Shown one piece after another: positions 8,183-15,942 of a stretch of 20,000 bases of DNA. This stretch comes from an uncultured virus (IMG/VR IMGVR_UViG_3300038828_000030) (Duplodnaviria > Heunggongvirae > Uroviricota > Caudoviricetes). Location: the IMG/VR virus record IMGVR_UViG_3300038828_000030. One strand, 5' to 3'. The notes beneath the pieces are model-generated. The model was not told where the DNA came from and searched no databases. It worked only from the letters and a program-made list of their open reading frames with translations. Positions within the stretch are counted from its first letter, which is position 1. Every line of letters begins with the position of its first letter. Position numbers and translations under genes: made by a program.

Positions 8183-8413
8183 ATGAAAAACACTGATCAA
8201 TCGCGCCCGCCGTTCAAAATCAGCGGCGTCGCCACCATCAAGCACCTGAATGTCCGCAAGGAAGGCCCGGAGGACGAGAAGGTTCTGGCTGACGATGCTG
8301 CGCCCGAATGCACTTGTGCAGCGAAAGACATGACCTTTGGCCGATGCTGCAAGGTGACGCCCAACGCCCCGAGTTCAGCCGACGCGAAGCGGTCGGCTGG
8401 AATGAACTGTTAG
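8183..8413 (+). CDS. Chimeric hypothetical protein: unique N-terminus fused to the 81-bp repeat peptide and attC read-through
   Basis: C-terminal ADDAAPECTCAAKDMTFGRCCKVTPNA is identical to that of ORFs 11049 and 14053. Confidence 0.6.
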   Translation: MKNTDQSRPPFKISGVATIKHLNVRKEGPEDEKVLADDAAPECTCAAKDMTFGRCCKVTPNAPSSADAKRSAGMNC

Positions 8414-8415
8414 AA
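8359..8415 (-). other. attC site 1 (57 bp)
   Basis: Minus strand TTCTAAC-AGTTC-ATTCCAGC...GCTGAAC-TCGGGGC-GTTGGGC; imperfect hairpin with bulged bases. Confidence 0.85.
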
Positions 8416-8425
8416 GGCTGTATCC

Positions 8426-8662
8426 ATGAACAGACCAGAGCGAATTTACAACGTGAGCCAAACGCAATTGAGCGTTGCTAGGTTTTACGGCGGCTGCAAA
8501 TTCAACGGCGCGGATTATCACTACGACGCCGAAAGCGACACGCTGACACGCATGGACATTTGGCAAGCGCGATGCGCCAGCAGCAAGAAAGAAGCCGCGA
8601 AAGCAGCAAAGGCAGAGCGAGAAAAATGGATGAAGGCACAGCAGAGTTTTGCCGCCTTCTAA
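8426..8662 (+). CDS. Cassette-borne hypothetical protein (78 aa)
   Basis: Fills the interval between attC1 and attC2; stop TAA inside the TTCTAAC box. Confidence 0.8.
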   Translation: MNRPERIYNVSQTQLSVARFYGGCKFNGADYHYDAESDTLTRMDIWQARCASSKKEAAKAAKAEREKWMKAQQSFAAF

Positions 8663-8709
8663 CGCCGGAAATAAGCCGCCGCAGGTCGGCCTTGATTGAC
8701 CTGTTATGC
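8657..8709 (-). other. attC site 2 (53 bp)
   Basis: Minus strand GCATAAC-AGGTC-AATCAAGG...GCTTATT-TCCGGC-GTTAGAA. Confidence 0.85.
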
Positions 8710-8729
8710 AGAAACTTTAGGAATACCAA

Positions 8730-8981
8730 ATGGACACGATACAGCAAGAGCTTCGCAAGCCAGCGCACTATCTGAGCATGAGAAAGCGCGAGCAGGCTGC
8801 AAACTACATTGATAAGTTGCAAGCCGCCTTGAACCAGTACAGCGCAGACGAAGTGATGCTTACGCACCAATCAACTATCGCAGCGCAGGCCGAGCAAATC
8901 GAAGCCTTGACGCAGGCGATAGTCGAGCGAGACGCGATCATTTCGCAGTACATCGCAGCACTTGGCTATGTTGCGGCATAA
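8730..8981 (+). CDS. Cassette-borne coiled-coil hypothetical protein (83 aa)
   Basis: AGGA RBS after attC2; stop TAA inside GCATAAC. Confidence 0.75.
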   Translation: MDTIQQELRKPAHYLSMRKREQAANYIDKLQAALNQYSADEVMLTHQSTIAAQAEQIEALTQAIVERDAIISQYIAALGYVAA

Positions 8982-9027
8982 CCCGTGATTAGGCGACAAG
9001 CCCGCCCCGCGCCACGTCGCCTAATCA
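8976..9027 (-). other. attI-like simple site with a 12-bp inverted repeat
   Basis: Minus strand GTCGCCTAAT-CACGG-GTTATGC (L box, 5 bp, R box); TGATTAGGCGAC/GTCGCCTAATCA perfect inverted repeat; no second GTT/AAC box, so not an attC. Confidence 0.55.
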
Positions 9028-9079
9028 GCCACTGGCGCAAGCAAACCCCAATAGGCAAACCTAAAAAACCGAGGACGTA

Positions 9080-9748
9080 ATGACCCCGCTTGTACGTGAA
9101 ATGGCAGCCATCGTGCCGGAACCAGAAACCGCGCACTGGTTCGATCTGGGCACGATCCCCGGGCGCATCGAAGCCCAACGGGTGTATTGGGATGACATTC
9201 GCCACATGCCGTACCCGCGCACCATCGTGGTATTCATCACCGACAAAGGCAGCAAGGCCGCATGCTGGATACAGGCATCGGAACATTCGCTGTCCATGGC
9301 CTACCTGATGGTCGATCCAGGCAAAGCGCCTCGCTTTTCCATCCCCATTGTCATCACCGAGGTGGATGGCGAGCTGCGCTATGAAGCCAAGGGCGGCGAC
9401 GGCAAGGCCGCTGCGGGCGTGCTGTGTGCCATCGCCAAGCGCCTGCAAACCGCCAGTGCCGCCTACCGCCCCGAGTCGATTGGCACACCAGCGCAGCAGC
9501 GCAAGCGCGCGGCCAAAGGCAAGAGGCCACTGTTTGCATGGCACACCGTCACCATCGGCGCTACGCCCAAAGTAGCCATTGCTACGTCAGATGTAGCTGG
9601 CACGCACGCCAGCCCACGCGCGCACGACAGGCGCGGGCACTGGCGCACCTACCCCAGCGGCAAACGCAGCTGGGTCAAGCACTGCCGCGTCGGCAATCCT
9701 GCGGACGGGGTGGTGTTCAAGGATTACCGGATCAGGAGCGAGAAATGA
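9080..9748 (+). CDS. Uncharacterised phage protein with HASPRAHDRRGHWR motif (222 aa)
   Basis: GAGGA RBS; conserved-looking C-terminal HxRRGHWR motif. Confidence 0.8.
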   Translation: MTPLVREMAAIVPEPETAHWFDLGTIPGRIEAQRVYWDDIRHMPYPRTIVVFITDKGSKAACWIQASEHSLSMAYLMVDPGKAPRFSIPIVITEVDGELRYEAKGGDGKAAAGVLCAIAKRLQTASAAYRPESIGTPAQQRKRAAKGKRPLFAWHTVTIGATPKVAIATSDVAGTHASPRAHDRRGHWRTYPSGKRSWVKHCRVGNPADGVVFKDYRIRSEK

Positions 9749-10017
9749 GCACATACACACCACCCGACAAGATCGAGATTTACGCCGCCGCGCTGAAAAG
9801 CGACATCAACTCTGAGCGCTTCCAGGTTGTGGAGAGCGGCAGGCTCGAAACCTACTGGATCGGCACGGTATATGGCGGCGGCGTCGCAACCGAGCGCGGG
9901 CACAAATTTCGGACTGCAGAAGAGGCGTGGGACAACGCAAGCAAATTTGTGGAGCGCTGCGCGGAGATCGTCAGCGAGCGCGACCGCGCAGCCAAGGCAG
10001 GAGATCAGCATGGCTGA
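9745..10017 (+). CDS. Hypothetical phage protein (MSTYTPPDK..., 90 aa)
   Basis: AGGAG RBS, ATGA overlap. Confidence 0.7.
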   Translation: MSTYTPPDKIEIYAAALKSDINSERFQVVESGRLETYWIGTVYGGGVATERGHKFRTAEEAWDNASKFVERCAEIVSERDRAAKAGDQHG

Positions 10018-10108
10018 AAGCACGGTCTGGCGCGTGATGCACCCAGACGGCTCGCGCACGGTGGTGGGCGGTGGTTGCTCGGAGAAAGACAATGTCGCGT
10101 GCGCTTGA
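10010..10108 (+). CDS. Small hypothetical protein (MAESTVWRV..., 32 aa)
   Basis: AGGAG RBS; overlaps both neighbours. Confidence 0.45.
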   Translation: MAESTVWRVMHPDGSRTVVGGGCSEKDNVACA

Positions 10109-10700
10109 TGTGGTGACGCTGACCGGCGAGGAATACGACGACCTCATGGAATGCAAAGAGATGGTCGCCTCACTACTAGCCCAGTTGAGCGCCGCGAAAG
10201 ACCGAATTGCCGAATTGACGCCAGTTGCTGGAATGGACTGGCGGGAAACGATGCAGCGCATGCTGACACGCATGGAGGAAACAGACCGCTGGCCTGCGAT
10301 ATGCGACGAGGCGCGGGCCGTCCTGTCGCTGGCGAATGATGCCACCAGGGAGCCTGCCGCCTACCTGTGGGGCGGCTGCCTCTGGCGCACGGACGAAATG
10401 GGGCGCGGCAGACCTGGGGCAGTCGAACTGTATCGAGCGCAAACGCCGCTGACCGATGCCGACATTACCGCATTGCTTCCGATATGGCAGCAGGGATCAT
10501 GGACGCTGCCAGACTACGGCAGATGGGTAGCGCGGGCCGTCGAGCGGGCGCACGGGATCAAGACATCGCACAACCTATGCCTATCCTGCGGGCACAGCAT
10601 CGATGCCCACGACAAGCAATACGGCTGCGCAGAGGACGGGTGCGATTGCGAGACGCCCAACGATCAGCATAACCGGCCCGCTTCAGCGGGTCCGGGTTGA
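10092..10700 (+). CDS. Mosaic hypothetical phage protein with C-terminal CxSCGH...C...CxC motif, reading into attC4
   Basis: GGAG RBS before ATG 10092; ARAVERAHGI motif; stop inside attC4. Confidence 0.7.
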   Translation: MSRALDVVTLTGEEYDDLMECKEMVASLLAQLSAAKDRIAELTPVAGMDWRETMQRMLTRMEETDRWPAICDEARAVLSLANDATREPAAYLWGGCLWRTDEMGRGRPGAVELYRAQTPLTDADITALLPIWQQGSWTLPDYGRWVARAVERAHGIKTSHNLCLSCGHSIDAHDKQYGCAEDGCDCETPNDQHNRPASAGPG

Positions 10701-10714
10701 TGCGCCAGTTGGGC
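10655..10714 (-). other. attC site 4 (60 bp)
   Basis: Minus strand GCCCAAC-TGGCG-CATCAACC...GGTTATG-CTGATC-GTTGGGC. Confidence 0.88.
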
Positions 10715-10728
10715 GCGGGAGGTGAGAG

Positions 10729-11052
10729 ATGGGGACATACGTTGTTTGGTGCCCGGACCTGGGCCAGGATCAGGAAGACGGTGCGACGATCCCGGCGACC
10801 GACCCCGCCGATGCGGCGGAAGGGTGGGCCGAATGGCACGACCGCAGCAGTGCCGAATACCGGATTGCCAGCGGGCGCGAGGAGATCGTGATCGTCCGCG
10901 ACGTTGAGACAGGCGAGCAGCGCGAATGGATTGTGCGCGGCGAGGCGATGCCGTACTACACGGCGCAGCCTGGGGAGTCCGCGACGATCCGGGCGCAAGT
11001 GGCGCCGGGCCGATGGGAGGATGTTCCTAGACGTAGCGAGGCCAACGAATGA
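10729..11052 (+). CDS. Cassette-borne acidic hypothetical protein (107 aa)
   Basis: GGAGG RBS just after attC4. Confidence 0.8.
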   Translation: MGTYVVWCPDLGQDQEDGATIPATDPADAAEGWAEWHDRSSAEYRIASGREEIVIVRDVETGEQREWIVRGEAMPYYTAQPGESATIRAQVAPGRWEDVPRRSEANE

Positions 11053-11417
11053 AATGGCAGCCGATTGAAACCGCACCTACAGACGGCACCCGCATCCTGC
11101 TGCGCGGCAGGGGCGGCAAGATTGCGGATGGGCACTACGGACAGCCGGATGGGTGGGCAAACCCGAAGCGTTTTGTCTGGCCGTACATCCATGCTAATCC
11201 GACGCACTGGGCTCCGCTCCCGTTGATTGCTGCTGCGCCGGAAAACAAGAAATTGCGTGCCGCCATCGCAAAAGCAACAGGACGTGTGGTCGCTGACGAT
11301 GCTGCGCCCGAATGCACTTGTGCAGCGAAAGACATGACCTTTGGCCGATGCTGCAAGGTGACGCCCAACGCCCCGAGTTCAGCCGACGCGAAGCGGTCGG
11401 CTGGAATGAACTGTTAG
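11049..11417 (+). CDS. DUF551-like (WQPIETAP...PTHW) mosaic phage protein, reading through the attC1 copy
   Basis: WQPIETAPxDGTRILL...PTHWAPLP motif, then LIAAAPE/AAIAKA and a Cys-rich tail. Confidence 0.75.
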   Translation: MKWQPIETAPTDGTRILLRGRGGKIADGHYGQPDGWANPKRFVWPYIHANPTHWAPLPLIAAAPENKKLRAAIAKATGRVVADDAAPECTCAAKDMTFGRCCKVTPNAPSSADAKRSAGMNC

Positions 11418-11419
11418 AA
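11363..11419 (-). other. attC site 1, duplicate copy
   Basis: Identical to 8359-8415. Confidence 0.85.
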
Positions 11420-11429
11420 GGCTGTATCC

Positions 11430-11666
11430 ATGAACAGACCAGAGCGAATTTACAACGTGAGCCAAACGCAATTGAGCGTTGCTAGGTTTTACGGCGGCTG
11501 CAAATTCAACGGCGCGGATTATCACTACGACGCCGAAAGCGACACGCTGACACGCATGGACATTTGGCAAGCGCGATGCGCCAGCAGCAAGAAAGAAGCC
11601 GCGAAAGCAGCAAAGGCAGAGCGAGAAAAATGGATGAAGGCACAGCAGAGTTTTGCCGCCTTCTAA
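11430..11666 (+). CDS. Duplicate of 8426-8662
   Basis: Identical translation. Confidence 0.8.
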   Translation: MNRPERIYNVSQTQLSVARFYGGCKFNGADYHYDAESDTLTRMDIWQARCASSKKEAAKAAKAEREKWMKAQQSFAAF

Positions 11667-11713
11667 CGCCGGAAATAAGCCGCCGCAGGTCGGCCTTGAT
11701 TGACCTGTTATGC
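11661..11713 (-). other. attC site 2, duplicate copy
   Basis: Identical to 8657-8709. Confidence 0.85.
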
Positions 11714-11733
11714 AGAAACTTTAGGAATACCAA

Positions 11734-11985
11734 ATGGACACGATACAGCAAGAGCTTCGCAAGCCAGCGCACTATCTGAGCATGAGAAAGCGCGAGCAGG
11801 CTGCAAACTACATTGATAAGTTGCAAGCCGCCTTGAACCAGTACAGCGCAGACGAAGTGATGCTTACGCACCAATCAACTATCGCAGCGCAGGCCGAGCA
11901 AATCGAAGCCTTGACGCAGGCGATAGTCGAGCGAGACGCGATCATTTCGCAGTACATCGCAGCACTTGGCTATGTTGCGGCATAA
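11734..11985 (+). CDS. Duplicate of 8730-8981
   Basis: Identical translation. Confidence 0.75.
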   Translation: MDTIQQELRKPAHYLSMRKREQAANYIDKLQAALNQYSADEVMLTHQSTIAAQAEQIEALTQAIVERDAIISQYIAALGYVAA

Positions 11986-12031
11986 CCCGTGATTAGGCGA
12001 CAAGCCCGCCCCGCGCCACGTCGCCTAATCA
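11980..12031 (-). other. attI-like site, duplicate copy
   Basis: Identical to 8976-9027. Confidence 0.55.
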
Positions 12032-12083
12032 GCCACTGGCGCAAGCAAACCCCAATAGGCAAACCTAAAAAACCGAGGACGTA

Positions 12084-12752
12084 ATGACCCCGCTTGTACG
12101 TGAAATGGCAGCCATCGTGCCGGAACCAGAAACCGCGCACTGGTTCGATCTGGGCACGATCCCCGGGCGCATCGAAGCCCAACGGGTGTATTGGGATGAC
12201 ATTCGCCACATGCCGTACCCGCGCACCATCGTGGTATTCATCACCGACAAAGGCAGCAAGGCCGCATGCTGGATACAGGCATCGGAACATTCGCTGTCCA
12301 TGGCCTACCTGATGGTCGATCCAGGCAAAGCGCCTCGCTTTTCCATCCCCATTGTCATCACCGAGGTGGATGGCGAGCTGCGCTATGAAGCCAAGGGCGG
12401 CGACGGCAAGGCCGCTGCGGGCGTGCTGTGTGCCATCGCCAAGCGCCTGCAAACCGCCAGTGCCGCCTACCGCCCCGAGTCGATTGGCACACCAGCGCAG
12501 CAGCGCAAGCGCGCGGCCAAAGGCAAGAGGCCACTGTTTGCATGGCACACCGTCACCATCGGCGCTACGCCCAAAGTAGCCATTGCTACGTCAGATGTAG
12601 CTGGCACGCACGCCAGCCCACGCGCGCACGACAGGCGCGGGCACTGGCGCACCTACCCCAGCGGCAAACGCAGCTGGGTCAAGCACTGCCGCGTCGGCAA
12701 TCCTGCGGACGGGGTGGTGTTCAAGGATTACCGGATCAGGAGCGAGAAATGA
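12084..12752 (+). CDS. Duplicate of 9080-9748
   Basis: Identical translation. Confidence 0.8.
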   Translation: MTPLVREMAAIVPEPETAHWFDLGTIPGRIEAQRVYWDDIRHMPYPRTIVVFITDKGSKAACWIQASEHSLSMAYLMVDPGKAPRFSIPIVITEVDGELRYEAKGGDGKAAAGVLCAIAKRLQTASAAYRPESIGTPAQQRKRAAKGKRPLFAWHTVTIGATPKVAIATSDVAGTHASPRAHDRRGHWRTYPSGKRSWVKHCRVGNPADGVVFKDYRIRSEK

Positions 12753-13021
12753 GCACATACACACCACCCGACAAGATCGAGATTTACGCCGCCGCGCTGA
12801 AAAGCGACATCAACTCTGAGCGCTTCCAGGTTGTGGAGAGCGGCAGGCTCGAAACCTACTGGATCGGCACGGTATATGGCGGCGGCGTCGCAACCGAGCG
12901 CGGGCACAAATTTCGGACTGCAGAAGAGGCGTGGGACAACGCAAGCAAATTTGTGGAGCGCTGCGCGGAGATCGTCAGCGAGCGCGACCGCGCAGCCAAG
13001 GCAGGAGATCAGCATGGCTGA
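12749..13021 (+). CDS. Duplicate of 9745-10017
   Basis: Identical translation. Confidence 0.7.
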   Translation: MSTYTPPDKIEIYAAALKSDINSERFQVVESGRLETYWIGTVYGGGVATERGHKFRTAEEAWDNASKFVERCAEIVSERDRAAKAGDQHG

Positions 13022-13112
13022 AAGCACGGTCTGGCGCGTGATGCACCCAGACGGCTCGCGCACGGTGGTGGGCGGTGGTTGCTCGGAGAAAGACAATGTC
13101 GCGTGCGCTTGA
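13014..13112 (+). CDS. Duplicate of 10010-10108
   Basis: Identical translation. Confidence 0.45.
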   Translation: MAESTVWRVMHPDGSRTVVGGGCSEKDNVACA

Positions 13113-13704
13113 TGTGGTGACGCTGACCGGCGAGGAATACGACGACCTCATGGAATGCAAAGAGATGGTCGCCTCACTACTAGCCCAGTTGAGCGCCGCG
13201 AAAGACCGAATTGCCGAATTGACGCCAGTTGCTGGAATGGACTGGCGGGAAACGATGCAGCGCATGCTGACACGCATGGAGGAAACAGACCGCTGGCCTG
13301 CGATATGCGACGAGGCGCGGGCCGTCCTGTCGCTGGCGAATGATGCCACCAGGGAGCCTGCCGCCTACCTGTGGGGCGGCTGCCTCTGGCGCACGGACGA
13401 AATGGGGCGCGGCAGACCTGGGGCAGTCGAACTGTATCGAGCGCAAACGCCGCTGACCGATGCCGACATTACCGCATTGCTTCCGATATGGCAGCAGGGA
13501 TCATGGACGCTGCCAGACTACGGCAGATGGGTAGCGCGGGCCGTCGAGCGGGCGCACGGGATCAAGACATCGCACAACCTATGCCTATCCTGCGGGCACA
13601 GCATCGATGCCCACGACAAGCAATACGGCTGCGCAGAGGACGGGTGCGATTGCGAGACGCCCAACGATCAGCATAACCGGCCCGCTTCAGCGGGTCCGGG
13701 TTGA
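13096..13704 (+). CDS. Duplicate of 10092-10700
   Basis: Identical translation. Confidence 0.7.
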   Translation: MSRALDVVTLTGEEYDDLMECKEMVASLLAQLSAAKDRIAELTPVAGMDWRETMQRMLTRMEETDRWPAICDEARAVLSLANDATREPAAYLWGGCLWRTDEMGRGRPGAVELYRAQTPLTDADITALLPIWQQGSWTLPDYGRWVARAVERAHGIKTSHNLCLSCGHSIDAHDKQYGCAEDGCDCETPNDQHNRPASAGPG

Positions 13705-13718
13705 TGCGCCAGTTGGGC
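13659..13718 (-). other. attC site 4, duplicate copy
   Basis: Identical to 10655-10714. Confidence 0.88.
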
Positions 13719-13732
13719 GCGGGAGGTGAGAG

Positions 13733-14056
13733 ATGGGGACATACGTTGTTTGGTGCCCGGACCTGGGCCAGGATCAGGAAGACGGTGCGACGATCCCGGC
13801 GACCGACCCCGCCGATGCGGCGGAAGGGTGGGCCGAATGGCACGACCGCAGCAGTGCCGAATACCGGATTGCCAGCGGGCGCGAGGAGATCGTGATCGTC
13901 CGCGACGTTGAGACAGGCGAGCAGCGCGAATGGATTGTGCGCGGCGAGGCGATGCCGTACTACACGGCGCAGCCTGGGGAGTCCGCGACGATCCGGGCGC
14001 AAGTGGCGCCGGGCCGATGGGAGGATGTTCCTAGACGTAGCGAGGCCAACGAATGA
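13733..14056 (+). CDS. Duplicate of 10729-11052
   Basis: Identical translation. Confidence 0.8.
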   Translation: MGTYVVWCPDLGQDQEDGATIPATDPADAAEGWAEWHDRSSAEYRIASGREEIVIVRDVETGEQREWIVRGEAMPYYTAQPGESATIRAQVAPGRWEDVPRRSEANE

Positions 14057-14379
14057 AATGGCAGCCGATTGAAACCGCACCTACAGACGGCACCCGCATC
14101 CTGCTGCGCGGCAGGGGCGGCAAGATTGCGGATGGGCACTACGGACAGCCGGATGGGTGGGCAAACCCGAAGCGTTTTGTCTGGCCGTACATCCATGCTA
14201 ATCCGACGCACTGGGCTCCGCTCCCGTTGATTGCTGCTGCGCCGGAAAACAAGAAATTGCGTGCCGCCATCGCAAAAGCAACAGGACGTGTGGTCGCTGA
14301 CGATGCTGCGCCCGAATGCACTTGTGCAGCGAAAGACATGACCTTTGGCCGATGCTGCAAGGTGACGCCCAACGCCTGA
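14053..14379 (+). CDS. DUF551-like protein, second copy, with a shorter C-terminus set by attC5
   Basis: Identical to 11049 up to ...VTPNA, then TGA inside attC5. Confidence 0.75.
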   Translation: MKWQPIETAPTDGTRILLRGRGGKIADGHYGQPDGWANPKRFVWPYIHANPTHWAPLPLIAAAPENKKLRAAIAKATGRVVADDAAPECTCAAKDMTFGRCCKVTPNA

Positions 14380-14422
14380 ATTAAGCCGCGCCGAAGGCGT
14401 CGGCTTGAATGAATTGTTAGGG
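14367..14422 (-). other. attC site 5 (56 bp, aadA-type)
   Basis: Minus strand CCCTAAC-AATTC-ATTCAAGC-CGACGCC-TTC-GGCGCG-GCTTAAT-TCAGGC-GTTGGGC. Confidence 0.95.
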
Positions 14423-14448
14423 CGCATTGCCCGAAAAGGAAAGCAAAA

Positions 14449-14784
14449 ATGCTTGATGTGAAAATTGTCCTCGACGCAGTGCCGGACTACTTGTTCAAGG
14501 CGTGCGGCGCAGAAACGCAAGATGAGCGCGACACCGTCGCGGCATGCGTGCGGACGTATGCCCGCGACTGCATCACCGCGACGCTTCTCACCATTGAAGA
14601 TGGGCCGATCTTCAAGGATGCCTGGCGCTACCGCGTGATGGTGGAAAACGGCGCAGTACCCACGCAATGGCACGAAATCATCAGCGAACAGCGCGAAGGA
14701 TTCCGGGCACGCGCGGACGCCGCGTTTGACGATTTCGTTTCCGAGGAACTTTCGGATTACGAGTACGGTGAACATGCGCCCTAA
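14449..14784 (+). CDS. Cassette-borne hypothetical protein (111 aa)
   Basis: AAGGA RBS; stop TAA inside CCCTAAC. Confidence 0.8.
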   Translation: MLDVKIVLDAVPDYLFKACGAETQDERDTVAACVRTYARDCITATLLTIEDGPIFKDAWRYRVMVENGAVPTQWHEIISEQREGFRARADAAFDDFVSEELSDYEYGEHAP

Positions 14785-14838
14785 CGGCTGAGATAACCTG
14801 CGCGCTTTAGCGCGTCCGAGTTGATTGATGGGTTAGGA
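14779..14838 (-). other. attC site 6 (60 bp)
   Basis: + strand CCCTAAC-GGCTGA-GATAACC...AGTTGATT-GATGG-GTTAGGA. Confidence 0.8.
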
Positions 14839-14844
14839 GTAAGC

Positions 14845-15066
14845 ATGAAAAACGAAGAAATTTTTTACACGCACAAACAAAACGCTGTGGTGGATAACAG
14901 CGGAAAGCAGATAGCGATTGTTCTGCCTAGTAATTGCACTATGCGCGAAGCACGGGCCATGGCTGCTTTTGCTGCGCAGCAAATGAATCATGAGCTGCGA
15001 GCGAAAAAATTGAAGAAATCTAACGCCAAGGTAAGCGGCGGCGGCGCTTTTCCGCCGTCCGCTTGA
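14845..15066 (+). CDS. Cassette-borne hypothetical protein (MKNEEIF..., 73 aa), reads into attC7
   Basis: AGGAG RBS overlaps the end of attC6; visibly AT-richer than flanks. Confidence 0.75.
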   Translation: MKNEEIFYTHKQNAVVDNSGKQIAIVLPSNCTMREARAMAAFAAQQMNHELRAKKLKKSNAKVSGGGAFPPSA

Positions 15067-15080
15067 CCGACGTGTTATGC
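15018..15080 (-). other. attC site 7 (63 bp)
   Basis: + strand ATCTAAC-GCCAA-GGTAAGC-GGCGGCGG...CCGCCGTCC-GCTTGACC-GACGT-GTTATGC. Confidence 0.88.
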
Positions 15081-15097
15081 CTTTTGAGGATGATGCG

Positions 15098-15481
15098 ATG
15101 AAGAAGAAATACGACCCGCTGAAAGTGGAAAAGAGCGACCACCCTGACCTTGTTGGCGGGATTGTGTGGGCCGACTGCGAACTGGACTGGATTCGCGCCT
15201 ACGGGACGCGCTGCTACAACCACGGCAACGCAAAAGGCATGGAAGCCGGAAGGCTGCTGTTTGAAGAACCGAAAGTCGGCGCTGGCGATACGGCGGTAGT
15301 GACGAAGGAAATGATCGGCGCTGCGCACGACGTGATGCTGGCGAAGGGCGATTTCGTTCTGTCCGCCGCGCTGTTGGAGCGCATCTATTTGGCGATGGCT
15401 GCGAAGAGGCATAACACCCGATTAGACGACACCGCAGCCGCCATTGACGCCGCGCGCAGCGCAGGAGGGCAAGAGCCATGA
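15098..15481 (+). CDS. Cassette-borne hypothetical protein (MKKKYDPL...), reads through the attI-like site
   Basis: GAGGA RBS after attC7; ATGA overlap downstream. Confidence 0.75.
   Translation: MKKKYDPLKVEKSDHPDLVGGIVWADCELDWIRAYGTRCYNHGNAKGMEAGRLLFEEPKVGAGDTAVVTKEMIGAAHDVMLAKGDFVLSAALLERIYLAMAAKRHNTRLDDTAAAIDAARSAGGQEP
15409..15430 (-). other. Second attI-like simple site
   Basis: Minus strand GTCGTCTAAT-CGGGT-GTTATGC; same GCATAAC-N5-ATTAGRCGAC pattern as 8976-8997. Confidence 0.55.
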
Positions 15482-15942
15482 CAACTGACACCCGTCCCCT
15501 GGAGCCGACAGACGACGAGTTAGACGAACTGCGTCAAGCGAACAGCGGGCGACTGAACTTCGTCACGTTTCGTGAGTTCCGAGTAATTGCCCGCGCAGTC
15601 CTTGCCAAGTGGGGCACTCCCGCCACTGTGGGGGTGGAGCCGGTGGCGCGACTGGCGGTTGGGAAAACAAAAGGTGGCGTTTCGCTCACTCACATAGCCG
15701 AGCCAGCGGCCTTTCAGCTTCCAGAAGGCATGTATGCCCTCTACACCCCCCAGCAGCCCACCCAAGCCGTGCCGCCTGTAGGGCGGGAGCCGTTGCCATT
15801 CACTCCACGACAGCGCGAACGCCTGTTCAAAAACCGCCCGACCAATGTCGGCAAGGACTTGGCGCTGGCCGACTGGCATCGCGTGGTGGAATTTATCGAG
15901 GTCGCACACGGCATCAAAGGAGGCCAGCATGGCACTGAGTGA
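15478..15942 (+). CDS. Mosaic hypothetical phage protein (154 aa; ARAVLAKWG, EVAHGI motifs)
   Basis: GGAGG upstream, ATGA overlap. Confidence 0.75.
   Translation: MTTDTRPLEPTDDELDELRQANSGRLNFVTFREFRVIARAVLAKWGTPATVGVEPVARLAVGKTKGGVSLTHIAEPAAFQLPEGMYALYTPQQPTQAVPPVGREPLPFTPRQRERLFKNRPTNVGKDLALADWHRVVEFIEVAHGIKGGQHGTE

Larger units (their letters stand above)
8288..14376 (+). repeat. Tandem duplication, period 3004 bp (two units + 81 bp)
   Basis: All six-frame ORFs recur with identical translation at +3004; identity starts 8288/11292/14296 and ends 8368/11372/14376. Confidence 0.97.

Noticed and set aside
8976..9027. This hairpin as another attC
   Set aside because: The inverted repeat is perfect with no bulged bases, and there is no closing GTTRRRY; treated as attI-like instead.
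15020..15412. Minus-strand ORFs (15020-15412, 8375-8566, 8502-8870, 13960-14775, 16761-17300) as canonically oriented cassette genes
   Set aside because: No clear RBS, most cross attC boundaries, and they read as shadow frames. The + strand ORFs have RBSs right after each attC and stops in or near the next box.
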